Shown here one piece after another: positions 27,322 to 36,273 of a stretch of 38,613 bases of DNA. A program made the translations under genes and the position numbers. The first letter of the stretch is position 1, and every line of letters starts with the position of its first letter. Below the pieces are notes generated by a model. It was not told the DNA's origin and did not search any database. It saw nothing but the letters and a program-made list of their open reading frames with translations. The stretch comes from a virus (lineage: Duplodnaviria > Caudoviricetes), in the IMG/VR virus record IMGVR_UViG_3300020042_005023, positions 1-38,613 of that record; one strand, 5' to 3'.

Positions 27322-27597
27322 TTATTTGGAGATTTTTACAGCCTCTACCCATGCTTGAACCGTCAAGCGATGCTTCGCGCTACAGTCTGTATACTTTGCG
27401 ATGACATCCGCTTCCCAAAGCGCCCGCTCAGGGTCGATCAATACCAGTGGCGGGTTACTCAGGGTCGGACACTTCGCTGCTAGGTTTGCCGGAGGAAGCG
27501 GCATTGGCGTCACGGACACCGCTTTCGAGCAACCGGCGCAAAGCGTCAGGAGCAGAGCAATCAGCAACAACGGCAGGAACCGTTTTGTATATTTCAC
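27322..27597 (-). CDS. o-spanin lipoprotein (Rz1-like)
   Basis: Signal LLLIALLLTLCAGC lipobox, Pro-rich PPANLAAKCP; overlaps the i-spanin. Confidence 0.85.
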   Translation of the reverse strand: MKYTKRFLPLLLIALLLTLCAGCSKAVSVTPMPLPPANLAAKCPTLSNPPLVLIDPERALWEADVIAKYTDCSAKHRLTVQAWVEAVKISK

Positions 27598-27835
27598 GAA
27601 TGGTGTTGGTTCGTTCGGTTGCCACCACATCGGCTTGATCTCGTTCGGTTTCATAGGTTTGTGAGACATCATATACTACCTCTTGTTTTTTGACGCGCAG
27701 CTTCTCGGCTTTTTCCAGAGCCTTGGAATAAGCGGCATCGCACTGCCAGTCACGGACTTTGTACCCAGAAACGGTACCGATAATAAGTGCGCCACCCAAC
27801 GCGTAAAGCACTACGGGATTAGGAATTAAAGCCAT
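27455..27835 (-). CDS. i-spanin (Rz-like)
   Basis: N-terminal TM, coiled coil, C-terminal Cys; follows the endolysin. Confidence 0.85.
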   Translation of the reverse strand: MALIPNPVVLYALGGALIIGTVSGYKVRDWQCDAAYSKALEKAEKLRVKKQEVVYDVSQTYETERDQADVVATERTNTIREIYKTVPAVVADCSAPDALRRLLESGVRDANAASSGKPSSEVSDPE

Positions 27836-28437
27836 GCTGCATACTTCTTTGTCTTGGCCCTGCGGTCATCAAGGCCGTGCGTGCCGCCGTTAATGCGCTT
27901 CGTCAGCGCGAGGATTGCGCCTTCGCTAACGCCTTGGTCGCAGATCGACCACAGTTTGTTGCGGTCAAAGAACCACAAGGCGCTTTCAAAACACAGTTCG
28001 CCCGACACAAGGTCGGGGTTGTCCATTACTTCGGGTCGTCCGATGTAGTTGGCGAAAGCTTGGTAATTTGCTTTTCCAGTAAGTTGGAGAGCGCCACGTC
28101 CACGGAACTTCCAGCCATCCCCAGACGCTTCATCACCATTGCCCATACGATTTGCATATACCCGATTAGCAATCTTTTTTGGCTGGCGTTCATACGCTTT
28201 AGCCATTGCATCAGTAGGGAAATACTTCCTAAAAATGCCGCGAAGTCCTTTTGCGCCATAGTTCAAATTCTCCGAGAATGCTTTGAAGCCGCCACTTTCA
28301 TGCGCAGTTTGAGCGAAAAAATGTGCAGCACGATCAGGTGATAGTTTATAAAAAGCCGCAGCTTTCTTAAACGTGCCTGGGCCAAATGCTCCATCTGCCG
28401 TTACTCCGATTTTCTTTTGCAGTTCAACAAGGCTCAC
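27826..28437 (-). CDS. Endolysin, glycoside hydrolase family 19 with N-terminal PG-binding motif
   Basis: DGAFGPGT, AQTAHES, ENLNY, FRGRGALQLTGK.NY, TKRINGG..GL.DR. Confidence 0.95.
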   Translation of the reverse strand: MSLVELQKKIGVTADGAFGPGTFKKAAAFYKLSPDRAAHFFAQTAHESGGFKAFSENLNYGAKGLRGIFRKYFPTDAMAKAYERQPKKIANRVYANRMGNGDEASGDGWKFRGRGALQLTGKANYQAFANYIGRPEVMDNPDLVSGELCFESALWFFDRNKLWSICDQGVSEGAILALTKRINGGTHGLDDRRAKTKKYAAWL

Positions 28438-28601
28438 TTATCTTTTCCCTTATTCCACAATTCAAACAACGTTTTGATCTTCTCTTCCGTTACGCCAAGG
28501 CGCACATCCATCTTGGCGAGGACGATGACCAGCGAGATGAACGCGAGAACAAGCGGCCAAAGCTGGCCGATTAGTTCAACGGTAGATAGGTCGCCCGCCA
28601 T
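28434..28601 (-). CDS. Holin-like small membrane protein (55 aa)
   Basis: Hand-translated MAGDLSTVELIGQLWPLVLAFISLVIVLAKMDVRL...; one TM; directly upstream of the endolysin. Confidence 0.65.
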   Translation of the reverse strand: MAGDLSTVELIGQLWPLVLAFISLVIVLAKMDVRLGVTEEKIKTLFELWNKGKDK

Positions 28602-29077
28602 TACGCTGCCGGGTTACGCCAATCAGGGAAGTCGGTTGCGTCAACTACGCCATCGCCGTTAACGTCATAGCGTAAGTCGTTGCGGTACTTTTCCCAAGGC
28701 TCCATGTCATCGTCCTCTTCAGGCTCGTCAACAAAGACCGTGCCGTTCGGATCGTCGTAGGCTTTGGGCGCTTCTGGCTCAGGTGTTGGCTCTTCCGGCG
28801 CAGGTTCTTCCGGCTTCTTGTCACGCGCATTGGCGTTGAGGCTCAAGCCACCAAGCAATCCGACAAACGCACCGATGATTGTCTGGAACGCTGGGTTAAC
28901 CGTGTCGAGGATTGCGGTGCTGTCCACTACATCATTCGGAACAAATAGGCCGATGACGAGCGCGAGTACCACAACGAGTATAACCGCCGATAGCGTGACA
29001 ATGGCCACGCGAATAACAAACTCAACGGTATCGTTTACGCCTTCGGCGTTGCTTTCAAATTGGTTTAAGAAACTCAT
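28601..29077 (-). CDS. Two-TM membrane protein with C-terminal EF-hand/dockerin-like loop (holin candidate)
   Basis: Two hydrophobic helices, P/E linker, DVNGDGVVDATD. Confidence 0.7.
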   Translation of the reverse strand: MSFLNQFESNAEGVNDTVEFVIRVAIVTLSAVILVVVLALVIGLFVPNDVVDSTAILDTVNPAFQTIIGAFVGLLGGLSLNANARDKKPEEPAPEEPTPEPEAPKAYDDPNGTVFVDEPEEDDDMEPWEKYRNDLRYDVNGDGVVDATDFPDWRNPAA

Positions 29078-29292
29078 CGGTCTGCCTTATGATCTAGTTT
29101 GTCTTCAATCCGGCGGAGGTGCATCATGACCTCATCAAACTTCTTGTCGATGGCGTTGAACTTTTCCTCGCCGTAATCCAACTTCGTCTCAAGAATTGCG
29201 AGACGATTGCTCAACTGCGTCCACACGCCGATAAGGCCGAAGACGCCAGCGACGATTGTGAGAAGCGTATCAATGCCGAATGACATATCCAT
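29074..29292 (-). CDS. TM plus coiled-coil protein (holin/XhlA-like)
   Basis: 72 aa; N-terminal TM, RLAILE...RIEDKLD. Confidence 0.7.
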   Translation of the reverse strand: MDMSFGIDTLLTIVAGVFGLIGVWTQLSNRLAILETKLDYGEEKFNAIDKKFDEVMMHLRRIEDKLDHKADR

Positions 29293-29304
29293 CGACGTAG
29301 ACCT

Positions 29305-29628
29305 TTACCAAGGAAGCGCGGGATGCACGACAGGCGGGTTGGCCTGATCGGCAATCTGCTTTGCAACGCTGGCTTCAAAACCAGCAACCGCTTCTTCACC
29401 GAGTGCGTCCTTAACCCAACCGATTACCTGTGCTTCTGTCAGCGAGGCGTAGGGGGCGAACGGCGCATCTGCGTCGAGCGTAACGCCAGCGGTGCCATAG
29501 ACGTGTCCTGTGTGTTCGCCGTCTGTGCCATTTAAGGTCCAGTGGACGCTAAAGACTACATCGTTGTGGCCTTCAGCTTCGGGGTATGCGTCAAGCTGAA
29601 CGACGCTCCATGTGTTTACAACTGCCAT
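29305..29628 (-). CDS. Tail-fibre-associated small protein
   Basis: 107 aa; VHW, PYASLTEAQVIGW, terminal LPW; typical neighbour of S74 fibres. Confidence 0.75.
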   Translation of the reverse strand: MAVVNTWSVVQLDAYPEAEGHNDVVFSVHWTLNGTDGEHTGHVYGTAGVTLDADAPFAPYASLTEAQVIGWVKDALGEEAVAGFEASVAKQIADQANPPVVHPALPW

Positions 29629-29629
29629 T

Positions 29630-31777
29630 TTACTTTCCTTCTAATTCGGCCACGCGGGCACGTAGTGCTTGAACTTCTGCAATTAGCAATGGAACAAGCG
29701 AAGATACATCCATCTGCTGATGCTTATCAGTGCCATCCTCGTTAACGGCATCCTTCTCGCCCGTGACTGCATAAGGCACAACCTCTTGCGCTTCGTGAGC
29801 GACAAGCATTGGTCGGACAACTGTCGCGCCGTGCATCTTACCGGCGTAAACCTTGAGCGCATCAATAATTAAGCCTGCATCTGTAACTGGGCCGAGAATG
29901 TCTTTTGCTCGATAATCCGAAGTGGTATTGTAGGAAACTAAACCAGCACCGCGATTGTAAGAGATAGACCCACGAGCAGTCGCAGTTCCTTCAGTAGCAA
30001 AGATGATAAACGAGTTATTACCCGTGGTTCCAGCGTTCCATATGAATGTGGTAGCCGCTGCTGGTTCGAGGTTTTTAACCCACATCCCGTCAAATGTCGA
30101 AATCGCGCTGACGGAAAGAGTTTCGTTGCTACCCAAACGTGAACTTGTCCCAATCCCAACATGTCCATCGCTGCCGATGCGCATACGTTCCGAGCCGTTG
30201 CCGACATAAGTTACGATTGACGGGTTTGTGCTGTCAAACTTCCAACCACCGCTATTTGATCCATTATTGCGGCCAAAAGAATAAGTTCCGTCGTCCGTTG
30301 CAAAGATAGCGCCGTTTACGTCGAGAAGGCCAAATGCTGGTGTTTTCCCAATCCCAACGTTACCACCGCTGGTGATGCGCATACGTTCAGTGCCAGCACC
30401 GAAAATTCCGTTATACCAACGGAATGTGCCATCGCCTTCGGAACCTACATGCCAGTTGTTAGTGGCTGTGGCAGAACTTCCATACTCAGCAAGTGCGTAT
30501 CCAGAAGCAGCGCTCCCTTGAATACGAAACTGACCCACTACATCTAACTTTTTACCCGGCGAACTCGTACCAATCCCGACGTTGCCGCCGTTTACCTGAA
30601 TACCAATATCAGCAGCGGTAGCGGATAGCGCCGTGGCCTGACCTTGGATAAGACCGATTGCCCCGTTGTTTCCAATGGCAATACCTGCCGTTGACCCGTT
30701 GAGGCCGAAGAAGGAGTTTGTACCGAATGTCCCGTTGTTACCAAAAACGTGCAGCTTTGCGGTTGGTGCGCTGTTACCAATCCCGACGTTGCCGCTGCTG
30801 TCGATGCGCATACGTTCTGTGTAGTTTGTATGCCAAACATGCGGTCCGCTGTTGGCGGAATAGTTCATCGACCCTGCACCGCCGAATGAAGCGTAGCTTG
30901 CGTTACCCGCCCAGATTTGACCCTTAGTGTTACTGCCGTCTGAGAACTCAAAGCTTCCAAAGCCAGAGGCGGTGGTGTTGGTTATGCGCGCACCAATAGA
31001 GACCCCTGATCCAGAAACATCCAACTTCGCACCCGGCGAACTCGTACCAATCCCGACATCACCCGCGCTGGTGATTATGGCTTTCTGTGTCCCGCTTGTG
31101 AATAGCTGAAGCGCACTGCCGTCGAAGCGGAGTGGTTGATAAGCCGAAGTATTGCGGTTGTAACTCTGGATAACAGACTGTGTGCCATCCCAAAGCGCCT
31201 CTATGCCAACGCCGCTTGTTGGGAAAGACGCGCCGTGAATAGCAATGCCGCCGTTAACGTAAAATTTCGTGCCCGGCGAAGACCCACCAATCCCGACGTT
31301 GCCGCTGCTGTCGATGCGCATGGCTTCGACGCCGCCCTCTACGAATGCAAGGGTGTCGGCTGCGGGAGAATAAATACCCGTATTGGTATCACCTGTGAAG
31401 GTGTAGGACGGCGTGCCAACCGCACCAAGGGCGTTGGCAATACTGGTGGCTGAAGCCGCGCCGAGGGTAGGCGTAACAAAAGTCGGGCTGTTTGACGGAG
31501 CCTTCGCGTTAAGCTGCGTCTGGATGGCGGATGACACACCATCAAGATAGCTAAGTTCCGTAGGGCTGATCGTCGCGCCATTGGCGGAGACGTTACCCGC
31601 GATGGCCAGCGTCTTGCCCGCACCGACATTTAAGCCAACGGAAGTTCCTGTACCAGCCGCCGCAAAGAGCGCATCGACTAAATCGAGATCGGTATTAACC
31701 TTTGTCCCCCAAGTATCGGCGGATGCGCCGACTTCAGGTTTCGTTAATCCAAGGTTTGTTGTGGTTGTATCAGCCAT
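29630..31777 (-). CDS. Tail fibre with GNVGIG repeats and C-terminal peptidase S74 chaperone
   Basis: [19 protein letters not shown] anchor; six (E)RMRI.S.G[NDH]VGIG-type junctions; [18 protein letters not shown], terminal coiled coil. Confidence 0.9.
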   Translation of the reverse strand: MADTTTTNLGLTKPEVGASADTWGTKVNTDLDLVDALFAAAGTGTSVGLNVGAGKTLAIAGNVSANGATISPTELSYLDGVSSAIQTQLNAKAPSNSPTFVTPTLGAASATSIANALGAVGTPSYTFTGDTNTGIYSPAADTLAFVEGGVEAMRIDSSGNVGIGGSSPGTKFYVNGGIAIHGASFPTSGVGIEALWDGTQSVIQSYNRNTSAYQPLRFDGSALQLFTSGTQKAIITSAGDVGIGTSSPGAKLDVSGSGVSIGARITNTTASGFGSFEFSDGSNTKGQIWAGNASYASFGGAGSMNYSANSGPHVWHTNYTERMRIDSSGNVGIGNSAPTAKLHVFGNNGTFGTNSFFGLNGSTAGIAIGNNGAIGLIQGQATALSATAADIGIQVNGGNVGIGTSSPGKKLDVVGQFRIQGSAASGYALAEYGSSATATNNWHVGSEGDGTFRWYNGIFGAGTERMRITSGGNVGIGKTPAFGLLDVNGAIFATDDGTYSFGRNNGSNSGGWKFDSTNPSIVTYVGNGSERMRIGSDGHVGIGTSSRLGSNETLSVSAISTFDGMWVKNLEPAAATTFIWNAGTTGNNSFIIFATEGTATARGSISYNRGAGLVSYNTTSDYRAKDILGPVTDAGLIIDALKVYAGKMHGATVVRPMLVAHEAQEVVPYAVTGEKDAVNEDGTDKHQQMDVSSLVPLLIAEVQALRARVAELEGK

Positions 31778-31785
31778 TTAAGTCC

Positions 31786-32667
31786 TCACGCAGCTTGCTG
31801 CCATATTTCTGCTGTATCAGAAATTGGCGTCCATGTCTCGTTTGTTGTGGATTGTGGTGTCCAAGTTTCTGCAATTACTTCGGCGGGTGTCCAAGTCTCG
31901 GATGTATCAGCCGCAGCCGTCCACGTTTCTGGCGTGATTGGCTCTGGCTCCCACTTCTTTGTGCCGTTAATAGTGACGCTAGATTGTGCGTTACAGTTAG
32001 CGGCAACCGTCATTCGGCGGTTTACGGTAACGCTTGTCGATGACGTCGCATTCGATGCGACAATCACAAGGAACACACCTTGAAGCGATACGCTTACTGA
32101 TGATGTGGCGTTTGACGTTACTGCCGCCAGCGCAATACGATTTGCGCTTACTGATACGCTTGATGTCGCGGTGTCCGTTACGCTTGCAAGAGCAATTCTC
32201 TGCGCTGCAACGGATGTCGATGATGTGGCAGTTGATGAAACCACGATGTTGGCGTAGCGGATAGCCGAGACGCTAACAGAAGATACCGCGCTAACGGTCG
32301 CGGAAACGCTCTGGACGCGATTGGCGGTAACAGATGTAGACGACAGCGCATTAACTGTGATCGAGGCCACAGCCAACCTCTGAGCGGCGACAGAGACGCT
32401 AGATGTTGCCGTTGTTGTAATCGCCGCAAACGCAACCCGGTTGGCGGTGACAGTCGTGGACGATGTGGCTGTCGATGTCGCAGATACGCTCTGGACACGA
32501 TTTGCCACAACAGTTGTGGATGATACCGCGCTAGACGCGATGGAAATACTCTGAACACGATTGGCGGTTACGGCAACACTAGACGCGGCAGTTACGGCAA
32601 TAGACGCCTCTTTAGGGTCTATTCCATAATTACCGCGTCCGTATAGACCGCTGCCGTAGCCAGCCAT
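31786..32667 (-). CDS. Ser/Thr/Ala/Val-rich repeat virion protein
   Basis: About 11 x 20-aa repeats (V.ANRV....T..A.SS.S) and 5 x 10-aa ETW repeats. Confidence 0.8.
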   Translation of the reverse strand: MAGYGSGLYGRGNYGIDPKEASIAVTAASSVAVTANRVQSISIASSAVSSTTVVANRVQSVSATSTATSSTTVTANRVAFAAITTTATSSVSVAAQRLAVASITVNALSSTSVTANRVQSVSATVSAVSSVSVSAIRYANIVVSSTATSSTSVAAQRIALASVTDTATSSVSVSANRIALAAVTSNATSSVSVSLQGVFLVIVASNATSSTSVTVNRRMTVAANCNAQSSVTINGTKKWEPEPITPETWTAAADTSETWTPAEVIAETWTPQSTTNETWTPISDTAEIWQQAA

Positions 32668-32671
32668 CTAC

Positions 32672-33052
32672 TTAGTCCAAATTGATGTCGAAGTCGCCCG
32701 CAGGAATACGGAGAACGTCACCGCTTGCAATCGTCTTGCTTGTGGTCAACGCGCCATAAGCCAGAAGGTTTCCAGTAGTTACCGCGTCATAGATCGCAGC
32801 GTAGGTCACTGTTCCCCATGCAGCAGTACAAGTTGGAAACTCAATAGCTGCCGTATTGGACGCTTGGTTGGCCGTGACTGTAAACGTAATCGTTTGACGC
32901 GCATACGAACCACCAGAGACTTCCGTCCCTGAACCAGTCTCGCCGGGATCAGACGTAAACAGTGCAACGTAAAGCGTCGCAGGCGCGGTGTATGGCGTTG
33001 CACCGAACACATGGCCGAGAACCTTGTTCTCAAGATAATTAGAAAAACTCAT
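32672..33052 (-). CDS. Virion structural protein (fibre/decoration type)
   Basis: SNYLEN, LYVALFTSDP, EVSGGSYARQ, GNLL, GD.LRIPAG pattern. Confidence 0.8.
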   Translation of the reverse strand: MSFSNYLENKVLGHVFGATPYTAPATLYVALFTSDPGETGSGTEVSGGSYARQTITFTVTANQASNTAAIEFPTCTAAWGTVTYAAIYDAVTTGNLLAYGALTTSKTIASGDVLRIPAGDFDINLD

Positions 33053-33669
33053 CCGAATGTCCTTATGCGGGGTTTCAGTTTAGACGAACCAATACGCGCA
33101 CGCTCGTCGGCGATGCGCATATCTTCTACCAGCTTCTCATACAAAGAAGTCCAGATGGCGGTGCGTTCATCTTCCTTTAAGTACGGCGCGGACTGAGCCA
33201 GCGTGCCGTACAGGTAGATGTCTGGGCTTTCAGTCAAAAGCCAGTTAGTCGGCGCTGCGTCAGACAATGGCGTCAGCTTGGCGTAGTAGAGAAGTTCCGC
33301 GGCATACGATCCGTCGGGTTGCGGCAGGACTTCAAACTGCTGGCCAACGGTCGTGAAGAACATCGGCTGACCGCCAGCACTGTAAAGTTGGCTGTCTTCG
33401 AGAAGCTGTTCCGGCGTGACGTAGACCAGCGGCGTGATAGGGTTTGTGTTCAACTGGAACCGGATTGTTTCTTTCCAGTCAGCAGGAACAGCAAAGTACG
33501 GCGTATCCATAGTTGCGGTCGCCCGCGTCACCATCTTGCGGTGACGGATTTGGCGGCTCATCTGCGCTTCAGCAAGCGAGATAAAGTTCGGAATAGCAGA
33601 AGTCAAATCGCTCCGATTGAGCCAATCGGCGACTGCGGTCTTCAACTCCGAATACGTCGTAATCGCCAT
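33049..33669 (-). CDS. Head-tail adaptor protein
   Basis: TYSELK.AVADWLNR.DL, FISLAEA, NWLL...PDIYLYG. Confidence 0.85.
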   Translation of the reverse strand: MAITTYSELKTAVADWLNRSDLTSAIPNFISLAEAQMSRQIRHRKMVTRATATMDTPYFAVPADWKETIRFQLNTNPITPLVYVTPEQLLEDSQLYSAGGQPMFFTTVGQQFEVLPQPDGSYAAELLYYAKLTPLSDAAPTNWLLTESPDIYLYGTLAQSAPYLKEDERTAIWTSLYEKLVEDMRIADERARIGSSKLKPRIRTFG

Positions 33670-33974
33670 TAAACAGTCCCCGGCCTTGTGCGGAAGTAAC
33701 GATTATCTGGATCGTTCAACCACTTCTTCATCGCCTCTTGGTCTTGTGTAATACCTTGGCGCTCAAGTTCGTAATACACTGAAATCGGAATGCTGCCAAC
33801 CTTTGTCCACTCACCCCAGCGTTCCGGCGCTTCGTTGAACTCGCGTTTGTTCTGCTCGATGATTGCGGAAACGTCTTGCTCTTTCGAGATGATCGCTTCG
33901 TCCTTACCGGCATCATAATCGTAAAAAGTTTTGACACCTGTGAAAGCATCGTCGTTGATAAGGCGTTTGGTCAT
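33669..33974 (-). CDS. Conserved hypothetical virion-module protein
   Basis: QDVSAIIE.NK, VGSIP, WLNDPDNRYFRT; start reassigned to MTKRL. Confidence 0.8.
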   Translation of the reverse strand: MTKRLINDDAFTGVKTFYDYDAGKDEAIISKEQDVSAIIEQNKREFNEAPERWGEWTKVGSIPISVYYELERQGITQDQEAMKKWLNDPDNRYFRTRPGTV

Positions 33975-33993
33975 AAAACCCTCAATAGTTAGA

Positions 33994-34016
33994 TGAGGGG
34001 GCACTTGGCCCCCTCA
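33994..34016 (-). terminator. Hairpin after the major capsid gene
   Basis: tgaggggg-cacttgg-ccccctca stem; weak U-tract. Confidence 0.5.
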
Positions 34017-34031
34017 CCCATTTATACCTTA

Positions 34032-34994
34032 TTACGAGGTGGTCAAGTCAGCTACGATACCGTGAGCCGCTTGGTTGTTCACCTTCAGACCATACTCGAC
34101 AAGGAGCAGAGCCTTCTCGGCATCGCCAGTTTTCGCCAAGTCCATTTTCTGGATTGGACGAAGAACTGCCAACGATGCGTAATCAGGATCGACAACGAAC
34201 GCATCACGGTCACGCTGGAAGCGGTTAGGAACGATGTTGACCGTACCGAAGTCAGACACATAAATGTCGGCTGCGCCGATGATTTGTGCCTGCTGACCAG
34301 CAGGAACGTCACGGAAGCGCGTCGCAATGCCGGTGAAGGCAGAAGCGGCGGTCTTGTTGAACGGACCAACCATCAACATCTTAGGCGTACCACCTGAAGT
34401 CCAGACGCTCTGGATAACACCCTTCAGAAGGGCTTCAGTGAATGCACGCTGCGTACCATCGGTACGAGCAGCAGTCGGGGTCGAACCTACAGTTGGGTTT
34501 GCGCCGCCTGTGCCGAACGAGGTGTTCGAGGTCAACCATGCAGGCAGACCAGCGGTACGACGTGCAGTTGTGGTGTTACCAGCAACAGACGCTTGGTTGG
34601 CAAGCAATGCGCTTTCCATGTCACGCTTCAGTTCCGAACCCAGCTTTGCAAGCTGATAGGTCATTTCGTTACGACGACCAGCCTTATCGACTGCTTCAAG
34701 CGTACCGGAGATAACAACGTTCTTCGTGCTGATCTGCGTGTAGTTACCAACGCGTGTGGTTGGCGAAACAGCAGTGAACGAAGAAATATCGTCACCTTCA
34801 AGTGCAGCGTTAGAAGCTGAGGCCGCAGCCAAAACGTCTGTCTGCCACTCGAAGTAGGTGTTCTTGACGCTTTCGCGGCCAATGTTCGAGATGAACGGAG
34901 TTTCTTCTGGCGAGATGTTATAGATAACGTTCGACAAGTCTTCACGAATACCGATAGCGGAGTACCGGGTAAATGTATTTGCTACAATAGCCAT
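34032..34994 (-). CDS. Major capsid protein (DUF5309/SU10-like)
   Basis: REDLS..I..ISPEETPF, EWQTD, GNYTQI, ELKRDME, LAKTGD, EYGL. Confidence 0.93.
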   Translation of the reverse strand: MAIVANTFTRYSAIGIREDLSNVIYNISPEETPFISNIGRESVKNTYFEWQTDVLAAASASNAALEGDDISSFTAVSPTTRVGNYTQISTKNVVISGTLEAVDKAGRRNEMTYQLAKLGSELKRDMESALLANQASVAGNTTTARRTAGLPAWLTSNTSFGTGGANPTVGSTPTAARTDGTQRAFTEALLKGVIQSVWTSGGTPKMLMVGPFNKTAASAFTGIATRFRDVPAGQQAQIIGAADIYVSDFGTVNIVPNRFQRDRDAFVVDPDYASLAVLRPIQKMDLAKTGDAEKALLLVEYGLKVNNQAAHGIVADLTTS

Positions 34995-35009
34995 TAGTCC
35001 AAATCCTTA

Positions 35010-36020
35010 TTAAATGAGTTTATCCAATAAGGCCGCTGCGTCTGCAACACGGCCTGTACGCGCAAGGCGCTGGGACGCTCTCTTTACATCGGTAGAACGA
35101 TTATTGACTTGAGTACCTGAAGAACCTGGGCGAACAATACGCGCAACCTTCTTTGGCTGTGCCTTTGCTTTTTCCACTTTCTTAGAACCCTTATCAAACA
35201 TCATAGCTTTGCGTAGGATCGAAACATGAGTGGCCTGAACCAGTGCGCCTAGGTCGCGTTCGCTAAACCCATTAGCCAAAGCCCATTCACGAAGTTCCTT
35301 AGCTTCGCTCTGCATTGTGCCTTCGTCTTTCCATTCAGGAATGACTTCGGTAAGTTTGGCGCGCTCTGACTGCACAATGTCAGCCAATGCCCGCTGTTGC
35401 TCTTTGCTCATCTCTTCTGCAATCCGCTGCTGTTCAGTGTTAATTGCCTGAAGTTTAGCGGCTCGTTCCTGACGAGACTTATTCCAATGCCGTTCTAACC
35501 GCGCTGCCTCAATGGGGTCTTCATTATAAAGGTTGTCCCAGTCAGGCTCAGCCTCGGACTGCATCTCGATTTGCGCTTTAAGCGTCGGGAGCAGTTCCGC
35601 GTATTGAGCGCGTTCCACACGGATTGCTTCGGCTTCGCTATGGAACGACTTGCGTTCTTCGGCTAGTGCCTGAGTTTTCCGTGTATAATCCGAATAACGA
35701 GAATAACCTTTCCGAAGTTCGTCAAGGGTGACTTCCGTTTCTTCACCGTCAAGTTTAACCTTGATGGTTAGATCGTCAGGAAGTTCCTGTTCGATAACCT
35801 CTTCTGTGTCTTCCTCTTCATCTCGGTCGAACTGTTCGTCTTCCTCTTCTTCCGAGTACTCCTCGGCTTCAGGTTCATCCGCGTCGTCCTGAGCCTCTTC
35901 AGGCTCTTGCGCCTCGTCCGTGTCTTGGTTGTCCTCATCCGGGCCAAGCAGTTGGTCGATGGCTAGTGTTGCTTCGTGGAGGCCGATCCCACCACTGGGG
36001 TTGCCGACTTGTTCCGTCAT
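35010..36020 (-). CDS. Scaffolding protein
   Basis: Acidic N-terminus, VKLDGEE.EVTLDEL..GY.R..DYTRKTQ; directly upstream of the capsid gene. Confidence 0.9.
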   Translation of the reverse strand: MTEQVGNPSGGIGLHEATLAIDQLLGPDEDNQDTDEAQEPEEAQDDADEPEAEEYSEEEEDEQFDRDEEEDTEEVIEQELPDDLTIKVKLDGEETEVTLDELRKGYSRYSDYTRKTQALAEERKSFHSEAEAIRVERAQYAELLPTLKAQIEMQSEAEPDWDNLYNEDPIEAARLERHWNKSRQERAAKLQAINTEQQRIAEEMSKEQQRALADIVQSERAKLTEVIPEWKDEGTMQSEAKELREWALANGFSERDLGALVQATHVSILRKAMMFDKGSKKVEKAKAQPKKVARIVRPGSSGTQVNNRSTDVKRASQRLARTGRVADAAALLDKLI

Positions 36021-36042
36021 ATAGCACCTTTTTTGTTAAATG

Positions 36043-36273
36043 TTAACTCCTCGATTTGGCGACTAAGCCGTCGTCAAGGATTGCCTGTAGGCGGGCTTTC
36101 AACCGCTCAAGTCCTTTGAGCGTGTGAAACATGTCAGAGCGTCCGCTATAGTCGGTATGGGCCGACATACGCCACTCGTCAAAAATATCTTTTTCCACTG
36201 CGGCAAATGCTTCCTTGAGAAGTTCATCATCAAGAAGACGCTTTGCGTGGTTAGCTTTTGATATAGGGTCCAT
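36043..36273 (-). CDS. Small head-module protein, copy 2
   Basis: Same as 30..260 except a central patch (SAHTDYSGRSD vs SGYADDDARSN) and two further residues. Confidence 0.8.
   Translation of the reverse strand: MDPISKANHAKRLLDDELLKEAFAAVEKDIFDEWRMSAHTDYSGRSDMFHTLKGLERLKARLQAILDDGLVAKSRS

Larger units (their letters stand above)
1..36013. mobile_element. Tailed dsDNA phage genome (podovirus-like, P22/SU10-type head-tail module), one unit length
   Basis: Full set of packaging, head, tail, lysis and replication genes; no recognisable host genes; position 1 sequence recurs at 36014. Confidence 0.93.
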
